A stretch of 61,970 nucleotides of DNA from Balamuthia mandrillaris. Taxonomy: Eukaryota. A program made the translations under genes and the position numbers. The notes under the pieces were generated by a model, which was not told where the DNA came from, ran no database searches, and worked only from the letters and a program-made list of their open reading frames with translations. The stretch covers positions 124,001 to 185,970 of the forward strand of contig JAVKOQ020000088.1 of assembly GCA_031835245.2 (NCBI GenBank), in the 5' to 3' direction. Shown piece after piece: positions 23,105 to 34,383 of the stretch. Within the stretch, counting starts at the first letter, position 1, and every line of letters starts with the position of its first letter.

Positions 23105-25728
23105 TTAGCTTCCACAGACAACACACCCTTCCTCCATCCGACAGACCTCTCCGTCGTACTCCTTCTCCACTGCTTTGGTCGTCGCTGCATCAAATGCAGG
23201 CATACCGGCCACGTCTGCTACCACAATGTCCACTTTTGCCTTCAACGAAGACGATGTGGAGCCAGGCGACGATGAGGCGGATGTATGTTTTTGCTCTTCT
23301 ACAGAGGATGAAGTCGGCAGCTGGGCAGCAAGCGCGGTTTGATCTACAGTAAACTGAATAGCGTTGGCAGCAGGTCTCGTCCTAAGGTAGTACATTCCCG
23401 TTTTCAAGCCCTTCTTCCAAGCATAAAAGTGCATCGAGGTGAGCTTGGCAAAGGAGGGGGCCTTGATGTGCACGTTGAAGCTCTGGCTCTGATCGATAAA
23501 CGCTCCTCGATCCGCCGCCATGTCGATCAAGGTACGTTGGGACACCTCCCACACGGTCTTGTACAGCTTCTTAATGTGTTCCGGGATGCAGGCAAGGTGT
23601 TGGACAGAGCCGTTGTGAGCCACCAGTTGGTTTTTCAGCTCGGCGCTCCACAGGCCCAAGTTTCTCAGGTCTTGCATCAAGTGGCTGTTGACAATAGTGA
23701 AGTCTCCAGCCAAGATGCGGCGAGAGTAGATGTTGGAGGTGTAGGGCTCAAAGCACTCATTGTTGCCGAGGATCTGTGAGGTGGAGGCTGTAGGCATGGG
23801 AGCCACCAACAAGCTGTTCCTCAGGCCGTGCTCCTTGATCTTTTGCTTCAGGCCGGCCCAGTCCCAGTTCTGCTCCGAACGAGGCACCACTCCCCAGAGG
23901 TCAAACTGCAAGAGGCCTTTGCTGGCAGGACTGCCAGGATAGGACTGGTAGTAGCCCTCACGAGCGGCAATCTCGTTGGAGGCTGTCAGCGCAGCGAAGT
24001 AAATCGTCTCAAAGATATCTCGGTTGAGGTCAGCAGCCTCTTTGCTCTCCCAGGGGAAACGCATCATCAAAAAGACGTCCGCAAGGCCTTGCACACCAAT
24101 TCCGATGGGACGATGACGAAGGTTCGAGTTGCGAGCCTCGACAACGGGATAGTAGTTGACGTCAATGACCTTGTTGAGGTTGCGAGTGACGACCTTAACC
24201 ACCTCGAACAAACGGCTGTGGTCAAATCGGGCTCGGCCACTGTCTGCGTCGATGGACACAAACTTGGGAAGAGCGAGAGAAGCGAGGTTGCACACAGCCA
24301 CTTCGTCCTTGGAGGTGTACTCCATGATCTCCGTGCAAAGGTTGCTTGAACGAATGGTGCCGAGGTTCTGTTGGTTGGACTTGCGGTTGCACGAGTCCTT
24401 GTATAGCATGTAGGGCGTGCCGGTCTCTATCTGGCTCTCCAGGATGGCGAACCAGAGCTCTTGGGCCTTTACGCTCCTCCTGGCTCGGCCCTCCTGTTCG
24501 TACCGAGTGTAGAGCGCCTCAAACTCCTCTCCCCAGACATCGGCCAAGCCGGGAGCTTCGTTGGGACAAAACAGGGACCACTCCTGATTGCTCTCCACTC
24601 GCTTCATGAATAGGTCCGGAACCCAGAGCGCGTAGAAGAGGTCTCTGGCGCGCAGCTCCTCCTTGCCGTGGTTCTTCTTCAGCTCCAGAAACTCGAAAAC
24701 GTCCGCGTGCCATGGCTCCAAGTAGACAGCAAAAGCTCCTTTGCGTTTGCCTCCTCCTTGGTCGACGTATCTGGCAGTGTCGTTAAAGACGCGAAGCATC
24801 GGGATGAGACCGTTCGACGTGCCATTAGTTCCACGGATGTAGCTGTGCGAGGCACGGATTGTGTGTACGCTGAGGCCGATGCCACCAGCGGCCTTGGAGA
24901 TCAAGGCGCATTGCTTTAGGGTGTCGTAGATGCCCTCGATGCTGTCCTCCCTCATCGTGAGCAAAAAGCAGGAAGAGAGTTGCGGCCGCTCTGTCCCGGC
25001 GTTGAAGAGAGTGGGGGTGGCGTGAGTAAAGTAGAGGTTGGACATGAGATTGTAGGTTTCAATGGCAGCAGCAATGTCTTCCATATGGATGCCGATGGCA
25101 ACTCGCATGATCATGTGTTGAGGCCTCTCAACGATCTTGCCCTCCACCTTGAAGAGGTAGCTCCTCTCCAAGGTCTTAAAGCCAAAGTAAGAGTAATTGT
25201 AGTCTCGGTTGTAGTCGATGGCGGCCTCCAAGGCCTCCGCGTTCTCCAAGATGATGTTGTAAACGTCCTCAGCCAAGAGGGGAGCTTCCAGTCCGCTCTT
25301 GGGGTTGACATAGTTGCGAAGGATGTGAGCTACCTCCACCAGCGAGCCCTTTGTCTCCTTCTGCAGGTTGGAGATGGCAATGCGAGCGGCTAGGTCCCCG
25401 TAGCCAGGGTGAAGAGTGCCCATGTAGGCCGCCGTCTCAGCGGCCAGGTGGTCGAGGGCGGTGGTGTGGACGCCGTTGTAGACGCCCTGAATGACCTTCT
25501 GCGAGACGAGGATGGCGTCCACCTCGCCATCGAGGGGAGGCTCTTGGGTGCAGAGCAGCTGCAGCCGTTTGGTGATCTTATCAAAGGAGACCTTCGAAAG
25601 AGAAAACAAGTGAGATTAATCAGATGGAGTAAGAAAGCGATTTTTTTCGTTAGCAGAAAGAAAGATAGCTGAAGATGAGAGTGCGTAGTTACCCGTTCGT
25701 GTTCTCCGTTTCTTTTAACGACGTACAT
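23105..25728 (-). CDS. RRM1: Ribonucleoside-diphosphate reductase large subunit (class Ia), intron ~25592-25692
   Basis: [11 protein letters not shown]-cone, [37 protein letters not shown]-terminal CVVCGS. Confidence 0.98.
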
Positions 25729-26051
25729 CGCTGATGTGAAGAGAGAAGGAAAAAAAAGCCAAAAAAAAGCTTTTTGTGCAGTGGTCCCTCTGTGTTGTTG
25801 TGGGTTGGTGTTTGGCGGTTTGAGAGAAAAAGAATAACAAAAATTAAAAAAAAGGGGGGCGGAGAGGAGCGCGGTGGGTCCAAAAGTTCGCTCTCCGTTA
25901 ACGACTTGTTTTCCCTCCCTTTTTTTTTGGTTTGTTTGGCGGGAAAAAGAATCCCAGCAATATTTGTACAAATATTTTCCAGGAATAATTTCGAGTGTCC
26001 ACACGAAAATTTTTCGTTTTGGATTTTATGTAGACAATACTTTGGCAGAAA

Positions 26052-26066
26052 CGCTAACCCTAACCT
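26052..26066 (+). promoter_or_regulatory. Telomere-like motif upstream of RRM1
   Basis: CGCTAACCCTAACCT preceded by TGTAGACAA. Confidence 0.5.
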
Positions 26067-26715
26067 TTGGATATCCTACAAGTTTTCCTGGCCACAAGGC
26101 CAAACAAAATAAAAACAAACCGAATTCGCAGGGTAAGAAAACGGACCGGAATAACGCACACACAAGGGGAAGGTTTGATGAGCTCTTTATGTCTTTCTCT
26201 TTCTTTCTCTCTCTTGCGTACCGCACCTTTTTCTGCAAAGGCGGAGCGTTGGGACGCACGTCCCCTCAATTTCCGCATTTGATTCACAGGGGTGCAAAAT
26301 CAACGGCCTCGATCGTTTTTATTTTTTTTTTAAATGATCAAGCAGCTGTGTGTAACTGTTGATAGATCATGAATTGGGTTGTAAGATCAACAGAAACAAC
26401 TGCCACATCTCTTCCCCCTCTGTTCTGTGCTCTCTCTCTCTCCCTCTCTTTCGCTCAGGCTAATCAAAGTTTACCCAAATAGTCAATCAACAGAGATACA
26501 AGCGCGTCATCTCTCCCTCTCATCGAAATCCAAGAGGAGATGTAAGGCACCAAGCCTTGTCGGCCTTCTTCAATACGCACAATCTTGCCCGCCTCTTTTG
26601 TGCCTTCCATCTCCTCTTGAATTACGATGAGCCAAAAAAAAAACCGCAACAGTCAAAGTCGTCTTTGATGATTCACATTTTTAATAACACATCACACAAC
26701 AAATCACACAAGAGT

Positions 26716-27916
26716 TCACTTCCTCTTGATGACACCACCCTTAGAGGCAGGCAAGTAGGCCTTTTGCTCCTCCAGCTCCCTCTCCAACCACCAAATGGCG
26801 CCGTGCGGAGTGCCGGGCTTGGCCTTGACCTCCCTCAGGTACTCCTCCGCCTCCTCCACGCGCCTCCTGGTCTGCTCGAGCGCCTCCTCGGCCACGGCGC
26901 GAGCCTCCTCGGCGGCCTTGGTGGCCGCCTCGAAGGGGGCACGAGCCTTGTCGGCCTTCTTCTTGGCGGCTTCCAGGGTGATCTTGGCCTTGCGGAGGGG
27001 GAGGGGATCTTCGGCGAGGTGTTGGGCGAGCTCTGCCTTGGCTTTGTTCTGTTGGACCACGCCGCCTTCGGTGCTCTTGCGCTTGAGCTCTTCGGTGCGG
27101 GCGTTGTAGCTGTCCTCTTGTGCCTTTGTTGTTTAGTTTGATGAAAAAACGAAACGAAAGAGATTAACAACAGCGAGAAGGCAAGCATTCAATCCAGGCC
27201 ATTACCTGAACATCGGCAACAGCAGCCTCGACCTCCTCACAAGCAGCCTTGAAGGGCGCCTCCTGCTCCCTTGCCGCGGCCTCGGCCTCCCTCGCCAACG
27301 CCGCCGTCCTGTCCGACTCCACAAAGGCCGCCGTGACCTGGTCCAGCAGCCTCTGCGCCTCGGCGATCTCCTCCGAGTTGTCCCCCTTGGTGTTGACGAG
27401 GGTGCGCCAGTCCACGCCCGCGCCGTCGTAGCGGAAGAGGAGGTAGTGCGTCAGGGGCACCACCTTGGGGCGCTCCGTGGGGCCGATGGCCCCGGTCTTG
27501 CGGAGCTTATCGCGGAGGGCCAGCACGGTGAGGGTCTCTCCGATGGACTCGAGGAAGCGGTGGGCGTTGAGCTCGTCGAGGGCGGAGCCGGCGGCCTTGC
27601 GCTGGAGGTCCAGCTCGGCGCACTTTTGGACGTAGCCCCAGAGCTTCTCGGCCTCATTGGAGGCGAACTGGTCCCAGTAGGCGTTCAGGAACCTGTTTTA
27701 CCCCCCAACGAGAAAGAGCAACAAAGGAAGGAGGGAAGGGAACGCAGGTGTGGTTAACAGATTGGAACCAAAAAAAAAAACATCAAAGGAAGAACAACAG
27801 AGGTAGCAAAGAGACGAAAGAAAAATATGGATTTACCAAATGCATTGTTCCTTGTAGGAACGGTCGCACAAGGAGAGGAGCTTCTCCGAGTCACTGGATC
27901 CTTGCAAGTCGCCCAT
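26716..27916 (-). CDS. ABP34/abpB-like actin-bundling (TolA-like coiled-coil) protein, 3 exons
   Basis: FLNAYW, HRFLE..ETLTVL, YLLFRY, C-terminal GAIWWLERELEE resemble the Dictyostelium 34-kDa actin-bundling protein family. Confidence 0.7.
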
Positions 27917-28057
27917 TGTATGTTTGCGCTATTTGTTGTTGTTACTAGTGGGTGCTGGCTACAGCAGCAGAAGCCTGTGGCAGCGGTGGTGCTGCTATAT
28001 TAAAGACACGTCACCACCCAAGCAACAAAAAAAAACTGTCGACAGCACCTTCAGAAC

Positions 28058-28105
<48 letters not shown>

Positions 28106-28241
28106 CCTCTCTCCCTCTCTCCCTCTCTCCCTCTCTCTCCATCTCCTGCGGCAGGGCGTATCATGGCTTTGAAAAATAAAAATAATCTATTTACAATTTT
28201 AGAATTATTCGACCAACTTACTTCAAGCCGCAGGTTGGCGC

Positions 28242-29420
28242 TCAAGGGGAAGGTGCTCCGCAACCATACGAATGAGAGTAGGGCAAGGCACTGGCGTCAA
28301 ACGAAGAAGGAAGTGCATCAGTTCCATCACAACCAAGCCATTGGATATCTCCGGGTTCGTCAGCAATGGGCAGACATGGGATCCTGAAAGTTGTCATGGA
28401 GAGGTCACTTGCCGTTGGAAGCTGATCCTCTTCGCCAGTGGTTGAGTCCATGAGGGCCACAGAGCCTTTGGTGAAAGTACCATCCCCATCATTGGTGTAC
28501 GTGACATATTTTGAGCCTGCGGGAATCCATATTTTAAGCTTACCTTCGTCATAATAGACATTGGGCGCCTCGGTAGCGTTGCAGGAGAGAGGAGCGTAGT
28601 CTAGGTTGGTGATGTACTGCTTGTCAGCGGGATACGCTCTGTTCAGAAGGTTAACGCGGTTATATTGGATGCCAAAATCGAGCAGGTCATGAGCATCTTG
28701 TGTGTCAAAGAACTCCTGCAGGCTGGTGGGGTCGTTTTCATCAACATAAGCCCCTCCTGGGCGGAACATATCCGCAAAGTGATCCGAGTCGGTGAATGCC
28801 CAATAGTCAGACTGGCTTTTGGAAAACGAACTGCCAAACCTGGTCTCGGATACTCCCTTCTGATAGTACACCTCTGGAGCATATGCAGTTCCAGTCCAAT
28901 TGTACTTATTGCTAGAGGTGAGCGATAAATCCCCACGACATGCGGTTTGGAGTTCATCCAGGTTGGCCGTGCTGTGCCACTTATATGCCCTTGTACCGCA
29001 AACCTTTGTCATTCCGGTGGTTGGCATTATAGAGACATAATCAGGATTATTTTCGTGATGCTTTATGATGTAGTCAATTGTGTGGGAGTCTTCTGCAGGA
29101 GCTGGGCAAAAGGGTCGTCTCTGGATGCCGTTTACGACCACATCTCTACAACAAAAGTCAGCAGGAAACGAGGGGACGGTTGTTGTCACTTGACAACATT
29201 TGTTGTTGCAGTCGTGTGTCATCCAGTTGTGTCCACCAAAAGTCCAGTTCCTTGGTACAATACAATCCAGTAAAAAGCAAATGTTTTCCGTTGGGTACCA
29301 GAGACTTTTCATGACAGCATCTCTGGAATAAACGCCAGCTGCCTCTCCTTTATTTCTGAGTACCTTGACTTCCGCTGTTGCCAAAGCAACAAATAATACA
29401 AATAAACCCACTTTGTACAT
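28242..29420 (-). CDS. Module C: secreted Cys-rich protein of unknown function, homologous to the C-terminal half of the ORF at 60010
   Basis: Signal peptide MYKVGLFVLFVALATA; shares AGVYSRD, NICFxLxCI, CNxxCC, FCC, RPFxPAP and TKVCG with the 60010 ORF; TATAAA at ~29546-29551 (minus strand); intronless. Confidence 0.8.
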   Translation of the reverse strand: MYKVGLFVLFVALATAEVKVLRNKGEAAGVYSRDAVMKSLWYPTENICFLLDCIVPRNWTFGGHNWMTHDCNNKCCQVTTTVPSFPADFCCRDVVVNGIQRRPFCPAPAEDSHTIDYIIKHHENNPDYVSIMPTTGMTKVCGTRAYKWHSTANLDELQTACRGDLSLTSSNKYNWTGTAYAPEVYYQKGVSETRFGSSFSKSQSDYWAFTDSDHFADMFRPGGAYVDENDPTSLQEFFDTQDAHDLLDFGIQYNRVNLLNRAYPADKQYITNLDYAPLSCNATEAPNVYYDEGKLKIWIPAGSKYVTYTNDGDGTFTKGSVALMDSTTGEEDQLPTASDLSMTTFRIPCLPIADEPGDIQWLGCDGTDALPSSFDASALPYSHSYGCGAPSP

Positions 29421-29707
29421 GTTGATTGATAGTGAATGAGTTTGTTTGGTTAGCTTGTTTGTTTGTTTGTTTGTTAGTTGTTTGCCTGTTTGGATTGTAA
29501 ACTCGATTGCAACAATGATGGCTTTGGTGAATCCAATGAAATGCATTTATATGATAACTGGAATGTCACTTTGCTTAAGTTGCTGAACTGTATGAAGGAG
29601 TTACAAAAATCGTCAATCAACGGAGAAGAAAGGAGACAAAGCTTCTGATTGACGATTTTTTACATTCCCCAACAAAAAAGAAAAGCGACATCCCGATGAG
29701 GCGATGC

Positions 29708-29790
29708 GAAATGGATTTGATGACCGGTGAGCTCAGAATCGGCTTTAAGCTCGTCAAAGAACGTTATGCTGTTACCAAAAAGGTTTGTCC

Positions 29791-29845
<55 letters not shown>

Positions 29846-30205
29846 CTCTCTCTTGCTCTCTCTCTCTCTCTCTCTCTTGTCATTGGATTTTATGTGATTA
29901 AAGTTGCAGGTATCAATCCATCTATTAGTTTTGATTTGTTCTCTTTGCCTGTTTATTTCATTATCATTTTTTTTGCATCTTTTGTATTTACTTTCTTGTT
30001 TGTCCAAAAAAAAAAACAAACAAACAAACAAAAACAAGAAATAAACGAATTGGGAGTAAAGCGAAAAGCAAAAGAAGAGGACATCATCAAAACAGGAGAA
30101 CACCGCAAATGGCTGATGAAGAACACGGATCGCCTCCAAATAGATATCCACATGCAAGCTGGTTGCTTTGTTGTTATTCCATGTACTAAATATCCTAATA
30201 TTGGT

Positions 30206-30241
<36 letters not shown>

Positions 30242-31180
30242 CCCTTTTGCTTTGTCGAGGTTTGGTTCTCTTTTTCTCTTTTCTTCTCTTCTCTTCGTCG
30301 TTCTCTTCTCTTCTCTTCACTTTATCGTTCTCTTCATTATTCTCCCCTTTTCTCTTTTCTTCTCTTTTCTTCTCTTCTCTTCGTCGTTCTCTTCTCTTCT
30401 CTTCTCTCTCTCCTTCTAGTTTGTGTGTGTCCTGACTTTTTCTGAGCTTCTTCCGCCCAATTCTAAAACAAAAATATTTTATTAAAATAATATAGGACAT
30501 TCGGAAATAGTAAAACGTCTTCTGCGCAAAGGAGCCAAAGTGGCCTTCAAAGATACGACAGGACAAACGGCAGTGCACTACGCCTGCTCCGCTGGGTCCT
30601 CTGAGTGCCTGAAGCTCCTGTGGAGCGCCGGAGCCAACGTCGACGTCAAGGATAGCAACGGTGAGACGGCTCTCTACAAAGCGGCCATCAAAGGGCATTT
30701 GGACGTGCTTCGTTTGCTCATCGAGAAGGGAGAGAAGGGAAGCAGCACTTCTTCGGAAGGTTCGAGCTCGCCTTTGAGCTTTACTCCGCAAAGAGCTCTT
30801 TTGAGAAATTGGGAGACGGTGACGCTGTTGTTGTCTCATGATCATGCGAGCAACGATGGCGACTTGGGAGATGCTATCGACTCCGTTGAGCAACTACATT
30901 ACCAACAGGAAGGAAACAACTTGAGTATCAGTACGAGTGGAAATAGTGGAAGAAAGAATTCGTTATCGCTAAGCAACAGCAGTTTGAACGGAGGAGAGGA
31001 GGGAGGATCAGACATCATTGCACAACAGCAACATTTGACCCTCAGTGAGAAGCCTAAGAAACGAACAATGGACGTGTTGATCATCATCACGAAACATGGG
31101 GAGCAACATTCGGCTTTTCAGCTGGTGTCTATCGATGGTTGCGTTCAAGGTTTCAATCTCTTTCTGGAAGGCAACAACGA
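29708..31180 (+). pseudogene. Internally deleted genomic copy of the calpain-III/ankyrin gene (source ~47787-50314), joined to a Copia element
   Basis: Near-identical sequence including intronic parts; two internal deletions; right end joins Copia integrase-region sequence. Confidence 0.85.
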
Positions 31181-32805
31181 GGATGCAGGCTTGGCATGGA
31201 GGAACATTCGAGAGAGTTTTGCTTCTTCCGCAGCCGCTAGAGAATTTAAGGCCGTTGACGAGGAGAGGTAACCGATGGAGCCAGCGTCTGTGAGAGTTGA
31301 CACGGAGAGTAGATTTGCAGGAAGGTCTGGAACTAGGAGAACGTTCCTGAGCGTCGTGGAGGTTTTACCGCCGTCAAGGGCAAGAGAGACGTTGCCTCGA
31401 GCAACAGCGGGACAGACGATTGTTTCCCAAAATGACTTTTTGAGTATACCGAAAAATCGAGATCGGTGAACCATTCGTTGTGCGGACTCATGTGCTTGCT
31501 TGCTCCAGAATCGAGATACCAGTAAACGGTTTTTATTGACGACGACGTAGAAGAGGAGGAAGAGGAAGGAGTGACGATTTTCTTCGTCTCGAGCCATGAG
31601 AGCCACGTAGGCTTCTTCATCGTCATCGGAGGAGTCCATTGGTTGCTTGCTTTTGCCTTTGTTGTTTCGCTTCTCCTTTTTGCCGCCGGATGGATAGATA
31701 GATCGCAGTTAGATCTATCCAGATGGATAGATCTGCGCGTTTTTGGGGGGTTTCCTTCCAGCATCTTCTGCTTGGGTGGTTCTGCTGTTGACAGTGCTCG
31801 CAGGGAGGGAACTTGTTCCTTTTTCTTCGTTGCGAACTGCTGCCTGAGGATCCTTTGTTCTGTAGGTCAGGTTTGCCGGTTTTGGTGAAGAGCGCCTGTT
31901 CTTCCGGTATGACGCCCTTTTTGCTTCGGCGAGAGTGCTCCACCATCGCGGTGTTCAGGGCTTCGTCCACTGTTTTCGCAGCATTAGTCCCACGAAAAAG
32001 ATCATGGTACTCGTCCGGAAGACGGCGATCGTCGCTTGAGTGGAACTGCTGACAGAAAGAATGGGATTTTCCGAGTTGGTTGCATAGAGAGTAAGCTTGT
32101 TGAGAAGGTCTTTCAGAGTTAAGATATCCGTAGTAAATGTCGCTTCACTCACTTTATGACTTATGAGTTGTTTCAGGAGACCTACTGCCTCGATTTGGTC
32201 GACGCGGCGAAAGAGAGAGTCGAGTTTGTTTAGCATGTCACCGGGGTAGGGCAGGTCACGCACGAAGTTGTGGATCCGCGGAGACAGAGAAAGCGTGATG
32301 ATCTCGCAGCACTTGCCAATATCTTGTTGCTGCTTGTTGTACGCCGTAGCGTCTGCGCTAGCATCAGCAGGGGCAGCGACGGTGCCTGAGTCTCCGGTTT
32401 CCAGCTTCATGTTGGTAGCGTGGCCTTTCGTTTTGAGTCGTTGATGAAGCAGTGAGCGATAGTGCTCGTAGTTTTCGCCATCTAGGATGGGAAGAGAATT
32501 GCTAGAGCGTAGAGTCGTCATTTTGTGTGTGAGTTACAGGCCCATAACCTGTTAGAAGAGTAGAGGTGTGCAGTGGAAGGGAAACAATGTGTGAAGAAAA
32601 GGTGTGTATTATCTGTCTATCTGTTAGAGTACCAACGATAAAGAAGCTCTTTAAATATGAGAGTGGTAGAAAGGAGAAATAGGATAGCGTCATGGCTATC
32701 AGAAGGAAAGGAAGAGATGGCATCAAGGATGATGACATCATATAAATCGGGGAATTAGGAAATAGAGAAAGCGGGTAATAGGAGCATTGTAGAGAAATTT
32801 CAACA
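31181..32805 (-). mobile_element. Ty1/Copia LTR retrotransposon, 5' half: LTR, PBS, frameshifted gag, protease, truncated in integrase N-terminus
   Basis: LTR 32550-32805 with TG..CA ends; PBS GGTTATGGGCC; gag LPILDGENY; knuckle CEHCQQQNHPSRRC; protease WYLDSGASKHM; LRNVLLVPDLPANLLSVS. Confidence 0.9.
32550..32805 (-). repeat. Copia 5' LTR (256 bp)
   Basis: TGTT..AACA termini; homologous to 35921-36178; adjacent PBS. Confidence 0.85.
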
Positions 32806-34126
32806 GTATCATCTTATCTAACAAAACTCAAGTCTGTCACAGGTTTGGACCAAGATCCAGGTTTTCCAGTGTTTGTTCCATCATACCAGCAATCACTAGA
32901 CTCGTCACTAATATCATTTGGGTTATAAGCTAAATCAGGATTAGAATGCCAATTTCCAGTTGCAGGAGAAGACCATATATACTGAGCAGAACTCTTAATA
33001 CCACCCGAAAACTCAGCATAAATAGCAAGATGAGGATAGAGGGTGAGATTTGGAGGGGTAATCTTAAAGCACCAGGTGTTGACATCAACTGCATAGTGAT
33101 CTGCCCACATTTTGCAGTCCATCACTAATTCATTTGCTAAAGCCAAGAATTTTGGTTTCAAGGGTCTAGGAAGATCAACACCTGTAGCTGACAGGTCAGA
33201 ATATTGCCAAGGTAGTCTCTTAGATAAGTCACGCTCATGGGAATACCACAACCAATAAGAGGTTGATATGCCTTGTTAAGCAGCCCACTCAGCTGAAATG
33301 CTCTTTGCCATAGGATGTACACCAGGACACATAGCATTCCTTAAGTTAGTTGGAATACTTGGGTCAGTAGATAACATTTGATTACAGCCTGCATGGTGAT
33401 TCACACATTTAAGTGTGTTGGTTGCATTATATGCACAAATAGGTATCATGCTTTGAGAGCAACAAAAATGGTCCACAGTGGAGTTCACTGTTAACCCAGT
33501 GTCTGAAATACATTTCTGGGCCACAACTACATGTTGGTAAAATTACCAACTCTATTCTACTTACTCCTTCCTCATGTTAGGTCTCTTCCTGGACCCTCAA
33601 CTTCCCCTTCCTTATATTTCTCCCTTCTTTCCTTCTCTTGTTGTAAAATAAGAACGGGAATGATAGCGGAGACAAAGTAAGTACGAGACCCGAACTTAAT
33701 TTACTAAAAGAATACAAGTAGAGTATTTTGTTGTAAGTTGTCCCGAGAGAAGAAAGAAAGAAAGTAGAAGAAGCAGTATTTAAACTGAAAGAAAGAACCA
33801 TAAAAGAAGAAAAAGAAATATCAGCATAAAAGGGGAAGAAGAAAAAAGGAAACATCAAAAAAAGGAGAAGGGAAAGATGAGAGGTTTCCTCAGGTCGACG
33901 GCAGAAGGAGAACTCGGCAGAAAGAAGAGCTACTATGTTGGAGTTTTCCAACACTCTTTTCCCTTTTTCTCTGTGTACTCAAAAGCAATGACGGAGATCC
34001 CCTCCTGTTGTCTTTCTTTTTCCTGGAATACACTCCTTTTAGATCATTTGTCCCTTTCTTTTGTTAAGTTGGACTTAACCAACATATAGCAGTAAAAAGA
34101 TGCAGAGAAAACACAAGCTTCAACAA
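32806..34126 (-). pseudogene. B1: pseudogene of secreted Cys-rich protein B
   Basis: Aligns to B2; ATG->TTG (34124-26), 553-bp insertion in the signal peptide, CAA->TAA (33276), TAT->TAA (32814), truncated by the Copia LTR. Confidence 0.85.
33532..34084. mobile_element. 553-bp insertion with TGTTGG...CCAACA ends (solo LTR or MITE)
   Basis: Interrupts the B1 signal peptide; flanked by TACA/TATA (4-bp TSD with one mismatch). Confidence 0.7.
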
Positions 34127-34383
34127 CTTGCTGAATAAGTCCAAAAATAGCAAAAATATTTTCACCTCCAGAGCAAAGGAGCATAAGAACTTGAAAGAAT
34201 GAAAATGCAACACTTCTTCTGCTCCTCCACTTTCAAAATAGACATAACAGCTAAATTACTTATTTAAGTAATTTTAAATAGTTCTAAATTAGGACAAAGA
34301 AAGTTTAAATGATGATATATAGATAGTCTTCTTTCTATACTTTTTACTTCAAAGTAATGAAAGTGTAATGTATCATTTTTAAA
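34127..34383. promoter_or_regulatory. Bidirectional A1/B1 promoter with inverted segment (34138-34244) and palindrome (34253-34274)
   Basis: Alignment with 53742-53970; AAATTACTTA-TT-TAAGTAATTT. Confidence 0.65.

Noticed and set aside
23105..25728. RNR as a sign of an endogenous giant virus
   Set aside because: Has an intron, an ATP cone and host-like codon usage, and sits among housekeeping genes; no capsid, packaging ATPase or DNA polymerase seen
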